Of a stretch of DNA of 64,000 nucleotides, positions 1 through 12,367 are shown piece by piece. Numbering within the stretch: position 1 is the first letter of the stretch; every line of letters starts with the position of its first letter. The notes under the pieces were generated by a model. That model worked only from the letters and a program-made list of their open reading frames with translations, did not search any database and had not been told where the DNA came from. Origin of the DNA: Gnetum montanum (Eukaryota; Plantae; Gnetophyta); assembly GCA_015680685.1 (NCBI GenBank), contig MNCI01001499.1:59349-123348 (forward strand), read 5' to 3'. The position numbers were made by a program, and so were the translations under genes.

Positions 1-2897
1 TTCGCATGGTCATATACAGACATGCCAGGACTAGACCCCCGGATCATCCAACATAACATTATCCTTGATGAAAAAATCAAACCAGTAAAACAAAAAGCAC
101 GAAAGGTTAGACCCGAAGTCGCATTAGCAGTCCACACTGAGATCACAAAGCTTTACCAAGCTAGTTTCATTCGAGCCATTGACTATTCCGATTGGGTATC
201 AAACATTGTTGTAGTCCCCAAGAAGAATGGTAGTATACGCATATGTATTGATTTCCGTGACCTCAATATAGCCACTATAAAAGATGATTTCCCATTACCT
301 AGTATTGATCAACTTATTGACACGACTGCTGGGCATGCTCTATTGTCCTTCATGGACGGATTTTCAGGCTACAATCAGATAAGAATTAATCCAGAGCATC
401 AACTTAGAACAACTTTTATGACACCTTGGGGGACATTTTGTTATACAATGATGCCATTTGGCCTTAAAAATGCGGGTGCTACATATCAACGAGTAATGAC
501 ATATATATTTAGTGACTAAATGTTTAATTTGCTCAATGATTATGTTGATGATATAGCAGTCAAGTCTAAAATAATCGAACAACATGCAAAAGATCTAGAT
601 TTAGTGCTTAAATGTTGTCTCAAATATGACCTTAGGCTCAACCCAAGAAAGTGTGTCTTCAATGTTAAAATGGGTAAAATTCTTGGTTTCCTAGTTTCCA
701 AAATAGGGATACAGGTAGACCCTGATAAGGTTAAAGCGATAACCAATATGCAACCACCAAGAAATCTTACCGAACTATGTGGCCTCCAAGGTAGGCTGTA
801 ATTCATTAGATGCTTTATCAAAAGGTTGACGGATAAGTTGAGTCCCATGCAACATCTATTATGAAAGAATGTACATTTCCAATGGACTCAACAATGCCAA
901 AAAGCATTTGAGAACATAAAACACAAGTTGGCCCGACTACCAACTGTTTATCCTCCACAAAGTGACAAACCTTTCTACATCTATCTTGCAACTTCTAGTT
1001 CGTCCATCGCATCCATGCTTTGTCAAAAACGTCAAGATGGGGCCGAGATCCCTGTATATTATCTAAGCCATGCCTTAATAGCCCATGAACAANNNNNNNN
1101 NNNNNNNNNNNNNNNNNNNNNNNNNNNNNNNNNNNNNNNNNNNNNNNNNNNNNNNNNNNNNNNNNNNNNNNNNNNNNNNNNNNNNNNNNNNNNNNNNNNN
1201 NNNNNNNNNNNNNNNNNNNNNNNNNNNNNNNNNNNNNNNNNNNNNNNNNNNNNNNNNNNNNNNNNNNNNNNNNNNNNNNNNNNNNNNNNNNNNNNNNNNN
1301 NNNNNNNNNNNNNNNNNNNNNNNNNNNNNNNNNNNNNNNNNNNNNNNNNNNNNNNNNNNNNNNNNNNNNNNNNNNNNNNNNNNNNNNNNNNNNNNNNNNN
1401 NNNNNNNNNNNNNNNNNNNNNNNNNNNNNNNNNNNNNGTATTGTGATTTGACTAAACACCTAGCGAGGCAACTAGTAGAAGTGGATATACAACACGTCCC
1501 TAGAAGCAAAAATACCATCGCTGATGCACTTGCCACACTAGCCTTAAACATGACACCTAAAATGTTTCATGCATTACCTAGTTCTATAACCAATTGTGCT
1601 GAACCTATAATTAACATTCTAAGTGAAGTACCTATAGTGTCTGTTAGTACAACACATGCAATAGAATGGTATGATGACATAAAAGAGTATCTTCTAAAAG
1701 GCGAACCTCCACAACACTTGACACATGGACGCCATATGAAAATGTTCTCGTCAATACACATTAATAGGTGACACCTTGTGTCGCAAATCATATGAAGGTA
1801 TTTTGCTAACATGTGTTAGTAGCACTGATGGTCAAACGAGTGTAGAACAAATTCACGAAGGACTTTGTGGAGGGCACATAGCACCTAAAGCAATGGCAAC
1901 AAAGATTAGGCGCTTAGGCTATTACTGGCCACACATGGAATACGATTGCATCTCCAAGGTTAGAACCTGTGACATCTGCCAAAAGCATAGTAATCTAATA
2001 CATGTGTCACCTAACGAACTGCATACCGCACAAATCACATGGCCATTCCAAAAATGGGGTTTAGACTTAATTGGACCAATAACCCCATCATCTTCAGCAG
2101 GCCATAGCTTCATTATCACTGCAACTGAATATTTCACAAAATGGGTGGAAGCTATTCCTCTTAGGAAGACCACATCAAAACACGTCTGCACCTTTATAAT
2201 GGAAAATATTATAACCTATTTTGGTGTTCCAATGACCATCGTTACCTATAATGGGCCACAATTCAGTAGCGCAGATACCAAAATGTTTTTGTGAAAGTCT
2301 AGGCATTAAACATGCATTTTCATCACCTTACTACCCATAGAGTAATGGTCAAGCGGAGGCTACAAATAAAATTGTCATCATGATACTCAAAAAGATGCTA
2401 AATCAGAGCAAGAAACGATGGCAGAACAATTGGTCTACGCATTGTGGGCTTATAGAACGACACATCGAACATCCATAGGTAAAACTCTATATAGTTTTGT
2501 ATATGGATCTGAAGTTGTTTTACCTTTATAATTGCAAGTTCCCTCATTGCGGATAACTCTCTCCAATCTCCTTGATGAAAGTCAAAACAATGAATTACGC
2601 ATTGCTAACCTCGACACAGTAGAGGAGGAACGTATACGAACTCTTAATCAAATTGAATGGTACCAAAAACAGCAGAGACAAAGGCACAAGCACGATCTCC
2701 ACAAACGCCCGATTAAAGAAGGAGATCTAATCCTTAAGGCCGCCCAAGAACATCCAAGTAAATTCTCAGCCAACTGGGAAGGGCCTTATGTAGTCACCAA
2801 GGCATACAACAATGGAGCATTCAAACTTGCTGACATGGACAGAAATGAGTTCGCCAATCCTACAAACCACTTGTACTTGAAGAGGTACTACGTCTGA
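1..2897 (+). pseudogene. pol: Disrupted pol: RT (about 22-830), RNase H (to gap at 1093), archaeal-type RNase H C-terminus (1438-1560), integrase (1776-2530) with GPY/F tail
   Basis: RICIDFRDLN, MPFGLKNAGATYQR, YVDD (541-552); IQHVPRSKNTIADALA (aRH); IHEGLCGGH..CDICQKH, WGLDLIGP, KWVEAIP; KFSANWEGPY; internal stops (e.g. TAA 517-519) and frameshifts. Confidence 0.95.
1093..1437. other. Assembly gap (N run) covering the RH/aRH junction; other gaps at 19088-19177 and 45024-45029
   Basis: Runs of N in the sequence. Confidence 1.
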
Positions 2898-2914
2898 AAA
2901 AATTGAGGTACGTC

Positions 2915-3026
2915 ACAGTCCTAGATCATGACTTAAAACTGATACCACAGAACAGTCCTAGATCATGACTTAAAAATGATACCGTAGAATAGTCCTGGAT
3001 CATGACTTAAAACTGATACCATAGAG
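2915..3026 (+). repeat. Three ~37-38 bp tandem units (cagtcctrgatcatgacttaaaactgataccrYagar) of the hairpin-TAAAC motif directly after the pol stop; array continues at 4204-4330
   Basis: Direct reading; the same unit resumes at 4204 after the solo LTR. Confidence 0.9.
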
Positions 3027-4198
3027 TGAAACACCACAAAATTTCGAGCTTGGTACTTCCCCAACAAGACGCAGGTCCCTAGGACCCACGAACAACCATG
3101 GCTACATTTGGTATCGCACAGTGCAACTTTGGGAATCAAGAGGCTTAATTTTCACTAAGTATGCACTACCAGCGTATACACCCAGCGTATACACCCAGCA
3201 TTAATAGTGTATACGCCCAGTGTATACGCCCGACATCCCCAGCGTAGACATTCGACTTACACGCCCGATGTACACATCTCACCTGTATGCTCGGTACCAC
3301 AGATGCATACGCCCGACAATGAAGTCTCAATGACAAAATGAAGACAGCACCGAAGAGCAAGAATTGAAGCAAGTCGGCAGCCGTCAGCGTATACGCCCGG
3401 CGTATATGCCCAACCATTGTCAGCGTGTACACCCAGCATCCATAGTGTCTCCACCCAAGTTCACGCACGCCCAGCACGTCCAGCGTATACGCCCAGCATG
3501 TACGTCAGCCTGATGTAGCATATATGCCCCACGTATACACCCAACAGATGTAATATGTTGTATATTTGTAAATTGTATGCACCCGGTCAACGCGCCACGT
3601 GTCTCCTAACCCGAGTCTAGCATAACAACCGGTATAAAAACCCCACTTTTCCACGTCAACCAGAGGTTGGCAAAAATCCCAGAGATACCCAGGAGCAATT
3701 ATGCTGTGAACCAGAGCCAAAACCCTCTCACGCTGGAAAACCTGTACGCTGTGCACAGTCTCTACGCCGCGCCTATAGCGTATACCAGCCTAGCCGTCCC
3801 TGGATTCACGGGGGCTTTTCATCTGCCTTGTGTTCACAACAACTGCGTTAGACCGGTGCACTGTACTCTGCCTCTGTAATACCATTGTTTATAGTTTACG
3901 CTAATTTCTTGCATGTTTTTTGTTTACGCTCATTTACATTTACGCCCTGTCCATATCTGCTACGCCGTTTACGCTCTCGTTTACACCCGTTTACGTTGTT
4001 TACGCATAACCCAGCGTATAGCACTTCGGCATACGTGCAGATAAATCCTTGTCTGATCCGCGTTTGGACCACCCAAGGTACTCTGCCTTCGTGCATTCCA
4101 GCTCACCCTCAGGCGAAGGTAGGGTCTTCTGTGCATGTCCTGCGATCCCACAGTCTCTGTTTCCTTCCAGTCGATGACCGACGATTTCAGGCGGTACA
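3027..4198 (+). mobile_element. Solo LTR (1172 bp) of a related Tat family, CpG-rich and young
   Basis: Starts TGAAACACC, ends GGTACA; flanked by tagag (3022-3026) / cagag (4199-4203) 5-bp TSD; TATA-like ggtataaaa near 3631; 3' part resembles the U5 of LTR 5530-7591. Confidence 0.9.
3167..3545 (+). repeat. Degenerate short repeats of (c)agcgtatacgccc within the solo LTR U3
   Basis: About 10 copies of a cgtatacRccc core containing the palindrome GCGTATACGC. Confidence 0.8.
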
Positions 4199-4859
4199 CA
4201 GAGCAGTCCTGGATCATGACTTAAAACTGATACCATAGAGTTCTATCCGGTATGACACTAAACTGCTACATCTATCTGCCATGACATGAAACTAGCATCC
4301 AGAGTCCACTAAGACTATAAACTAGCGACATCATTGATGACCAGGAAAAATTTGAAAAGATCTGTTGTTGCAGTTGGCTATTCCTGTTCCACAAAGACTT
4401 GTTGCATGATTCATCCCATGGGGCCTAATGAAACTGATGCTGTTCATGATTCTGTTTGCTTTGAAAGCTGCACATGGTGACTTCATCTCCTGTTTAAAGT
4501 GTTTAGCTGATTGTTTCATTTGTGGTTTTCTTGTCTTCTTGGAGTTGTGTTTGCAGGATGACACTTCTAAGACATTCATGCATAGATGCACTTCATCATG
4601 ACGACAAGGTATCACATTTTTCCTGACGCATGCGACTGGTTTAATCAATCCATTCATAAGTACATTCCCGACTCCTGATACATTTCCTATTCCTTACCAT
4701 GCTCTTTTATCCTATCCTATTACATCCCCCTTGATACATTCCACTCATCTCAAAACTCTTGGTACACTGTTGCACACTGTAGCTCTCTAAGCAGTTGCGA
4801 TGCAAAACACAATACATAGTACATGATGCAAAATGCAAGTTCTCAAACACGAGCATGGC

Positions 4860-4990
4860 ACAAAAAGAAAGCTCTTTCAAAAAGACCAAAAAGAAAAGAA
4901 AAAGAAAAAACCAAAAAAAAAAGATAAAAAGAAAACAAAAAACAAAAAAAGAGAAAAGACAAAAAACAAAAAAAAAGGTCAAAAAGCAAA
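4860..4990 (+). repeat. A-rich low-complexity tract in the 3' UTR of element A
   Basis: Nearly pure A with interspersed G/C; source of spurious Lys- and Phe-rich ORFs. Confidence 0.9.
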
Positions 4991-5529
4991 ATGCACGGAA
5001 AAGATCTTCAAGACCCCGTTGACATCATAAAAAAAAAATTATTGCCCATTCTCATACAAGCCCCAGGCAAGAAGGAAATTATCTTGAAAAAATAGTTACA
5101 CTCATGTCTCAAAGAGACCATGTTGCACATCATTGCGTAGCTTTGGCTGTTTACAACGGGCCCCACAAATATTCAATAAGAATCCTGTTTCTCTAAAGAA
5201 CGCACCTCCTATGTCTTGGTTCCGAGTCTACTAAAAAACCTGGCTGTTGACAAGGACCAATGACATAACTTGTGCACAAGAGAGCATTCCTCTCCCACAA
5301 ATCTCAGCAACAATCATCGCCCTTAACCTCCTAGCTTCCCTAGTTACAACCGATTCCCTTGCATCTTGAACCACATTCCCTCAATCCCATGTACTTTTGA
5401 AAATGGTGCAATGACACCCAGCCAAGGGCTGACGGTTAATCTTTGGTACTTGTTTGTTCATGGTGTTTTGCACTTCTTTGTCGACGCCTCTCGGGTGAAT
5501 TCCTTCAAGCGTCAACAAATAGGGGCCAA

Positions 5530-7591
5530 TGAAACACCAAAAAAATTTTGGCAACACTTCTAAACAACTTCAGAGCCTCTGAAATGGCTTCAAGCAACCC
5601 ACCATGGAGCAAGAAAGGTCCCCCTGGTGCACACAAATCACGACGGCAAGTCTCGGTATCAAGAATCATCCATTTTAAGGTCAAAAAGTGCAATTTTGGC
5701 TAAGTACAATGTGCTCGCGTCGTGTTTATGCTGCACAGCGTAAGGATTAGCGTCACCAATGTTTGGGGCCCTGAAACTGAGTCAAAATAGACCAAAATCA
5801 AGCACAAGGATCCCCCATGACCTTCGCCAAGGTCCCCAACGGTTCCCTGCGGTTCCCAGCCTTTAGAAAATCAAAATTCAGGCCTTAAATGAAGTGTTTT
5901 CAGTTGATTACGCTGCGGCTACATTTTCTTACACTGCATAGCGTAAGGATGCGTAAACACTATTCATCAGCATAAAATACTATTCACTACGTAAAACACT
6001 ATTCACTGCACAAACACTATTCATCGAAGTTTCAGAAAATGGCAGAAGATCTTCAGCATCAACAACTTCTGGAAAATCAAAATTTGGGCCTTAAATGAGG
6101 TGTTTTCAGTTGATTACGCTACGACTACATTTTCTTATGCTGCAGAGCGTAAGGAGGCGTAAAACAGTATTCACTGCGTAAAATACTATTCACTGCGTAA
6201 AATACTATTCATCGCGTGAATACTATTCACTGCGTAAAATACTATTTACTATGTGAATACTATTCATCGAAGTTTTAGAAAATTCAGAAAGGTTTCAAAA
6301 AATGGCAGAAGATCCTCAGCATCAACAACTTCTAGAAAATCAAGATTTGGGCCTTAAATGAGGTATTTTCAGTTGATTACGCTACGGCTACATTTTCTTA
6401 CGCTGCAGAGCATAAGGATGCGTAATCACTATTCATCAGCGTGAAACACTATTCACTACGTGAAATACTATTCACTACATGAATACTATTCACTGTGTTA
6501 ATCACTATTCATCTACATGAAACACTATTCATCGAAGTTTCAAAAAATTCCAAAAAATTTTTAGAAAATGGCAGAGAATTATCAGCATCAGCAACTTTCA
6601 AAACATTCCAGAAAATTTCAGAAAGACTTAGGAACAAAGAAGTTTCACGCAAATGAGGGTCAAATTTCTCTTGTTGTACATTTCATTGTAAATTCACATA
6701 TGTCGGCACGTTAGGCCCTCATGTTTAAATTAAATGTACTTTCATGGGCTTGAATAACCCATAAATTGTAAAATGCAATGTACCTGGTCAAGAATGTAGT
6801 TTGCCGACACACATCTAACTCATGCACAACTATCAGACACATATCCAACTCTCGCCAGCATGCATCCAACCCAAGCACAACTGTCCATTGGACACATGTT
6901 ACCATATCCACTTTCCTCTCATCTCTCAGCCGTTGATTCCATTCTGAAATTCTGTGCCAAAGCCCGGCCCAACCCTATAAATACCCTGTCAATTCACATA
7001 AATGAGGGGGAAATTGGAGGTAAAAAAAAGGGAGAGATGGGAAATTCTGAGAGAGGACAGAACCTGCAATCCTTGGGTGCTCGGCACACCTAACTGTTGG
7101 CATCCAAGCATTTCTCACGTTCATCACATCACATCATCACATCATCACTTCAGACATCATCCCGAGGCTTAGTGCTTGACCTGCCATCCACACGCGCAGC
7201 TACACTTTGACCGGTGCATACCTTTTTATTAAATGATACAACAAATTTCATTGCCTCCTATTTACATTATTTACTTCGTTTTATGCTTTGTTTACAATAT
7301 AGCTCGGTTTGCGCTTTATTTATAATTCAGTACGCTCTGTTTACATTTTTGTGTCGCTATTTGCATTTCGTTTATATCTTGTTTACATCGTTCACGATAA
7401 CCCTAGCGCTAGCCGTAGCTTACGCTCGGGGAAGTCCTTGGTTGATTTGCGTGCAAACCATCCAAGGCACTCTACCTTCGTTCCCTTTTCCAGCTTTCCC
7501 TCAAGCGAAGGCAGGGTCAGCTATGGCTGCCCGACGATCTCTCGGTGTTTGTTTACCTTCCAGCCTTACACCGACGATTTAGGTCAGTACA
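5530..7591 (+). repeat. 3' LTR of element A (about 2.06 kb)
   Basis: TG...CA termini, preceding PPT (5518-5529), TATA box cctataaataccc at about 6974-6986. Confidence 0.9.
5865..6600 (+). repeat. Higher-order repeat in LTR U3: three ~200-270 bp units, each containing several ~18-19 bp aaatactattcactgcgt subunits
   Basis: ggccttaaatgaggtgttttcagttgattacgct recurs at about 5881, 6087 and 6351. Confidence 0.9.
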
Positions 7592-9540
7592 ATACACAAA
7601 GTTTATTTTCTTGTGGAGTTTCTAGATTTCAGTCAATAGCTCTATAACTAAGCTTGTGACCCACTCAAACCTAGTCCCATCAGTTAACATCTTCTTCATT
7701 GTTCAAGATTATTGTATTTCCATGATTTTCTTCTATGATAGAAGCAAACATCCTTGAGTGCAATAAAGGGTATAATTTATTGATCTCCTTAATATCATGT
7801 GGTTTTAGGGACAGTGTTATACCAAGAGGTGATTTTAGCCAAGCTTTCAAAGTTTTCTTATAACTCAAATTTTTTTCTACTTCCCTTGCCATCTTGACCT
7901 CTTCATGAGAAATTTAAAACAATTTATGGAACAATTACTCATCAATAGTTAAAATCACTGGTAAACCATAAGCACAAGTACAAAATTCAATGGCATCTTC
8001 ATTGAAAGAGTCAATCATATTTAGCATCTTCCTAGCTGAAGTAGTGGGACTAGAAAGCATAAAGAGATTAAATAGGCTTGTATCTATTATTCTTTATTAA
8101 ACATCTCCAAAATCCTTATTGGACAACTATTCTTGAGCCTTATCTACCTCATCCCACTTGAGAAGAATCTTCTCCTTAGTTCAACTAGAACTAATCATGG
8201 TGATGTCAAATTTCCTCATGAAATCTATTTACACAATGCCTAGTTAGCCTATAAAGCCATTAAACTGTAACCAAAATGAGCTACTAAAAAAATTTAAAAT
8301 AATAAAATAGTAAAAATAAAAACCAATTATACTTAGTTGATTTAGTAGTAAAAGCCAAGGTTTTCCCTTGGATAGGTACACACACTTCATAGTCTAGAAG
8401 ACCACAAAACTCATGGATGTGCTTAATAGCCACACACTTTTAGTACACTTGCAAGTAACACATCTTTTACCTAGTAGCTTCTACAAAAATTTGACTAATT
8501 ACTTGCATCTAGATGTTATCTCCCTTTTCAAATTCTACCAAGGTCATATGAGCTAGAGGTAAAGTTTGATCATTCAACACTAGTCCTCACTTTTAAACAT
8601 GAAACCTGTAGAAGCACATAAAACTAGTCAAACAAATGACCATAAAAAATTAAACATAAACATGTTAAAAATACATAATAACTTACCCTTTCCACATGTA
8701 GACATCATATGGATGGTTCTAAAACAAATTTACTAGACTATGATTTAGCAACAAAGTATTGTCAGCATTATATTACAAATACATTGACATCTCTCGAATG
8801 CAAGATAGTTGACAAAGCCTTATAGTGCAAGTAGTTCCAAAATGCTAGAGTTTCGTATGATCCTCAAAATCATCTTGGATATATTACAAAAGATAATTAT
8901 AAGATCCCACTAAGATTGTCTCTACAATCACAATAGAGACATTGGTAGCAAAGTGTAATCATAAAATCACACTACAGTTCTTCATCAGGTACAACAGGAA
9001 CTCCTTAGACACAAACCTAAACCATATGTGTGCTTTCTCATGTAGAGTCATATCAAAAATGGGACTATTTTAGAAGACTGATCCCATACAACATAGGATG
9101 CAAATCATCCCTATAATAACTATAATTATCTTTAACATAGGCCTATGAACAAGTTGACAAAACATTTAGTCATTAGAATCTAAATTAACATTAAAACCAA
9201 AATAAAAACATGAATTAACATAAAATTGACAGTGTTGATAGAGGCAACATGAATGCAAAAAATACCAAACTCATGAACATAACTAGAATTACACTTAGCA
9301 TAAAATTAAAACATTATAAGAAAAATTTAAGTAAACTTGACATTTTCACAAGCAATTGCTTAGGAACATATTCAACACCAAAATACCTATAAATAGCATA
9401 ACCAAGACTGTCATGCAAGGGCCTATAATGGCTAGATATCAAAAATTCTGTTCATCATGGATTAAATATGTCAAGACACTAAGAATTTGCAATCTTGGAG
9501 ACTTAAAACTTTAACCTACAGGCCAAGAAAAACCATAAAT
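7592..9540 (-). pseudogene. Copy 3 of the spliced FCP1/NIF-like + helical-domain gene (exons about 9142-8687, 8605-8333, 8280-7592), cut off by the LTR of element A
   Basis: Manual translation MLKIIIVIIGMICILCCM..HIWFRFVSKEFLLYLMKNCSVIL*LHF..NNADNTLLL..F*NHP; GT-AG intron 8686-8606; next exons GLVLNDQTLPLAHMTLVEF and MIDSFNEDAIEFCTCAYGLPVILTIDE*LFHKLF align with copies 1 and 2. Confidence 0.8.
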
Positions 9541-9619
9541 GCTGACCTTCTAAGTCTAAGCATCTAAATGTGCTACATTTTCTAGTTATAGAATGAAATA
9601 TGTTAGCATAGAAAGTTGG

Positions 9620-10510
9620 GAAGGCCAAAAACATTGAAAAATAAGGGATAAGATGTCAAAAATTCTAAGGTTTCCTAGGAAAGGAAATAAAAACACTACT
9701 CTTCTTTCCTTGAAAAATCCAAAAACATGAAAAATGATCCTCTCTAAAGGTGAGAAATACAATAACATTTCTTCTTTGAGATAAGAGAGGAAAAAATGTT
9801 GGTCCTTGGACCAATAAGAAACAAAAAGTGCTACCTCCACAAGCATAAAACTACCAAATATGCTGCCATAAATAGGCAAAAAACCAAAACATTGTTTTCC
9901 CAAGCATAAACCCCTAAAAACGTTAACCCTAGGTAAGAAAAACTACAATAATGTTGGCCTTTTAGGCATAAAATCCTAACATGCTACTCTTGACAAGCTA
10001 AAAAATTGTAAAACATTGTCATAAAGGCATAAGAGAAATCCAATATGTTATTCATGGACAAGAAAAAGCCAAGAATGTTGCTCCCAAGGTAGGAAAAGCC
10101 AAAAACACTACCTTTTTACGTATAAGAAAAATCCTAATTTTCTGTTGACTAACCAAAAAATCCTAATTTACTACCATTTAGACTTGGGATCACAAAGATG
10201 CTACTCTATAAGCATCAAAACCCTACTACATTACATTCCCCAAGTAGAGGAATAACAAATGTTACCATTGGAAATGCAAGATTGCAAAAAACCTGGTCTT
10301 AGGACCATAAAAAATCCAAAAACATCATATTCATAGGCAAAAATAGCAAAACATTTGTGCATCTAGTGAAGAAAAACTCCAAAACATGGACACATGAGGA
10401 CAAAAAAAATCAAATGTTGCCTCTATGTTGTCAAAAATTCCAAAACCATGATCCATTCTGGCTAAAAATCAAAAACACTCTTGGAAAACAAAAGGCACTA
10501 GTATTGCATG
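9620..10510. repeat. Degenerate ~35-37 bp tandem repeat (aaaaatccaaaaacatgytrcc...) in the probable first intron of copy 3
   Basis: Periodic recurrence of aaaa(a)ccaaaa(a)cat/atg motifs. Confidence 0.55.
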
Positions 10511-10598
10511 GTTTGAGAAAAAGAAGAAACACTGAGACATGAGGTACATGGGAACTACAATCATTGATGCCTCTCCTATAGAGGGATTCGATAGTATG

Positions 10599-12367
10599 TA
10601 TAGTGACTAAAAATGTCAATGACTAGAACACCGAGGGGTTCATGGGTGCACAGCCTCAACCCTGCCTCTGCATAAGTGCCTTTGCTAGGAAATGAAGGTG
10701 GAGTGCATTGGACAGTCTTGTCGATTGAATAGGGAATTTGCTGGCTACAACTGGGGTATCAGGTGCAACCGTGGGATGCTCTGGCTAGCCAAAATATGAG
10801 CATTGACATTGTGAGATAATGCTAAGTGTTTTAATGATGTTCTTGGCTATATCGAAGTCAGCTAAGCCTAAGCATAGTAGGGTTTCTTAGCATGATATTA
10901 GAGGTGCAAGTGTGCAAAAATGTGTAAAGTAGTGAAAATTTGAATGTGATACTAAATGTCAAAGAAAATGCTTAAAATAAAATTTTGTTTAAGAGAAAGA
11001 AAGAATGGTACCACCCTAGATGGGGAGCATAGCAATTACAAATGAGCATTAAGGAGGCACATAGTATATAAACAAGCGTAATAGCAATGTAGCCATAGTC
11101 TCTCGGATGTCCCAGGGTGAAGACTAATGTTTGCTATGAAGTTTGTGCCTACTAGGTTGGTTGCCACAATGTCCTATGGGCTATGGTGTGCTACAGTGCT
11201 AAATGGGATGCAAAGGTGTTACCAAGGTGTTGGTATGTTCTAGTGTGTGGGCTACCCAAGGTGCCTCAACTACCAAGTGGTACTCTAAGAATTCCAACTG
11301 TTTCTTGGATTTGCAAATTAAATGCTTGAAATGCCCACTACTAGAATGAATTACCAACCCCTAAAGTGTGGAATTTATGGGTGTTTATAGGCTTAGGATT
11401 AGTTTGAAGCATGGATCAAGAACCACGTGGCAAAGGGGTAGGTGGGGCTACACTAACCTTTACTACACTTCGACTAGAGAAATTGGTGCTATGCTTTGGT
11501 GTGCTCTAGTGGACCCCAAGAGACTATTAGACTATGACTACACTACCAAGATTGCATGTGCCAAAGTCAAAAAATACCACAATGTACCTACAAATAGTGC
11601 AAAATAGTGTAATTTGAAGGCTATTCTCTAGGACTACGCTCTACCCTCTTTTGAGTGGAATTAAGCATATGTACAATTTTGGAACATAGGGGGGTGCAAA
11701 GAGAATGCAAGTTCCTAATCCTACTTGTTGGAGGAGTGCTAAAGCTAGAATGAAGGCCTGTGCTAAGCTGTGGAAGCTTTTGAAAAGTAGTTTGGTTTTG
11801 CTACACTAGCTACGCTATGGAGCATAGCCCAACAATTAGGCAAATTTTACAAAAAACTAAAGTCTAGTGCTGTTACACTTGCTACGCTCGTGAGCATAGC
11901 AAGATGGGACAAAGCATAGCATTGACACTTAGAAAATCTGGCAAAAATTGTAGTCCTTATTCTTGCTACACCAACTACACCCAGGAGTGTAGCAAGAGGG
12001 TAGCTTTAGGAGTTAGAAAATCTACCAAATGCCTCTTCCATGGTAAGCTAGCTTGACAACTTGTGACTTGACACTAGTGCAAACTAGCCACTAGAGTGCT
12101 GCTATGCTTGCTATGCTCAAGAGCATAGCAAGAGAAATGGGAGCATAGTAGGACATTTAGAACAATTTCTATAGCTATTGTCAACACTTAGAAAATTTTA
12201 TAGATCTAGTCATGAGCTTCATGCTATGCTAGCTACACTCTAAAACATAGCAAGCACAATGAAAGAACAATGAGAGCTTAGCACAACACTTGGAAAAAAT
12301 TGTCTTATGTTGATACTTAGACAAATATATAGTTGGAGTGTTGTTTCCCAAATTTTTTGGTGTTTCA
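10599..12367 (-). repeat. 3' LTR of element B
   Basis: Colinear with 28547-30307, differing mostly by transitions; minus-strand start TGAAACACC preceded by aaagaagatccat. Confidence 0.92.

Larger units (their letters stand above)
1..7591 (+). mobile_element. Element A: 3' half of a Ty3/gypsy Tat-clade LTR retrotransposon (pol, 3' UTR, PPT, 3' LTR); 5' part lies outside the window
   Basis: RT-RH-aRH-INT coding remnants at 1-2897, purine tract aaatagggg immediately before TGAAACACC at 5530, LTR ending ...ggtcagTACA at 7591. Confidence 0.93.

Noticed and set aside
1093-1437. Apparent shorter RH-aRH interval in A than in B
   Set aside because: The interval is an N gap whose size is an estimate; no deletion can be inferred
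3166-4238. Several overlapping ORFs in the solo LTR
   Set aside because: By-products of GC-rich repeats; no domain motifs
4707-5030. Lys-rich and Phe-rich ORFs
   Set aside because: Translations of an A-rich low-complexity tract
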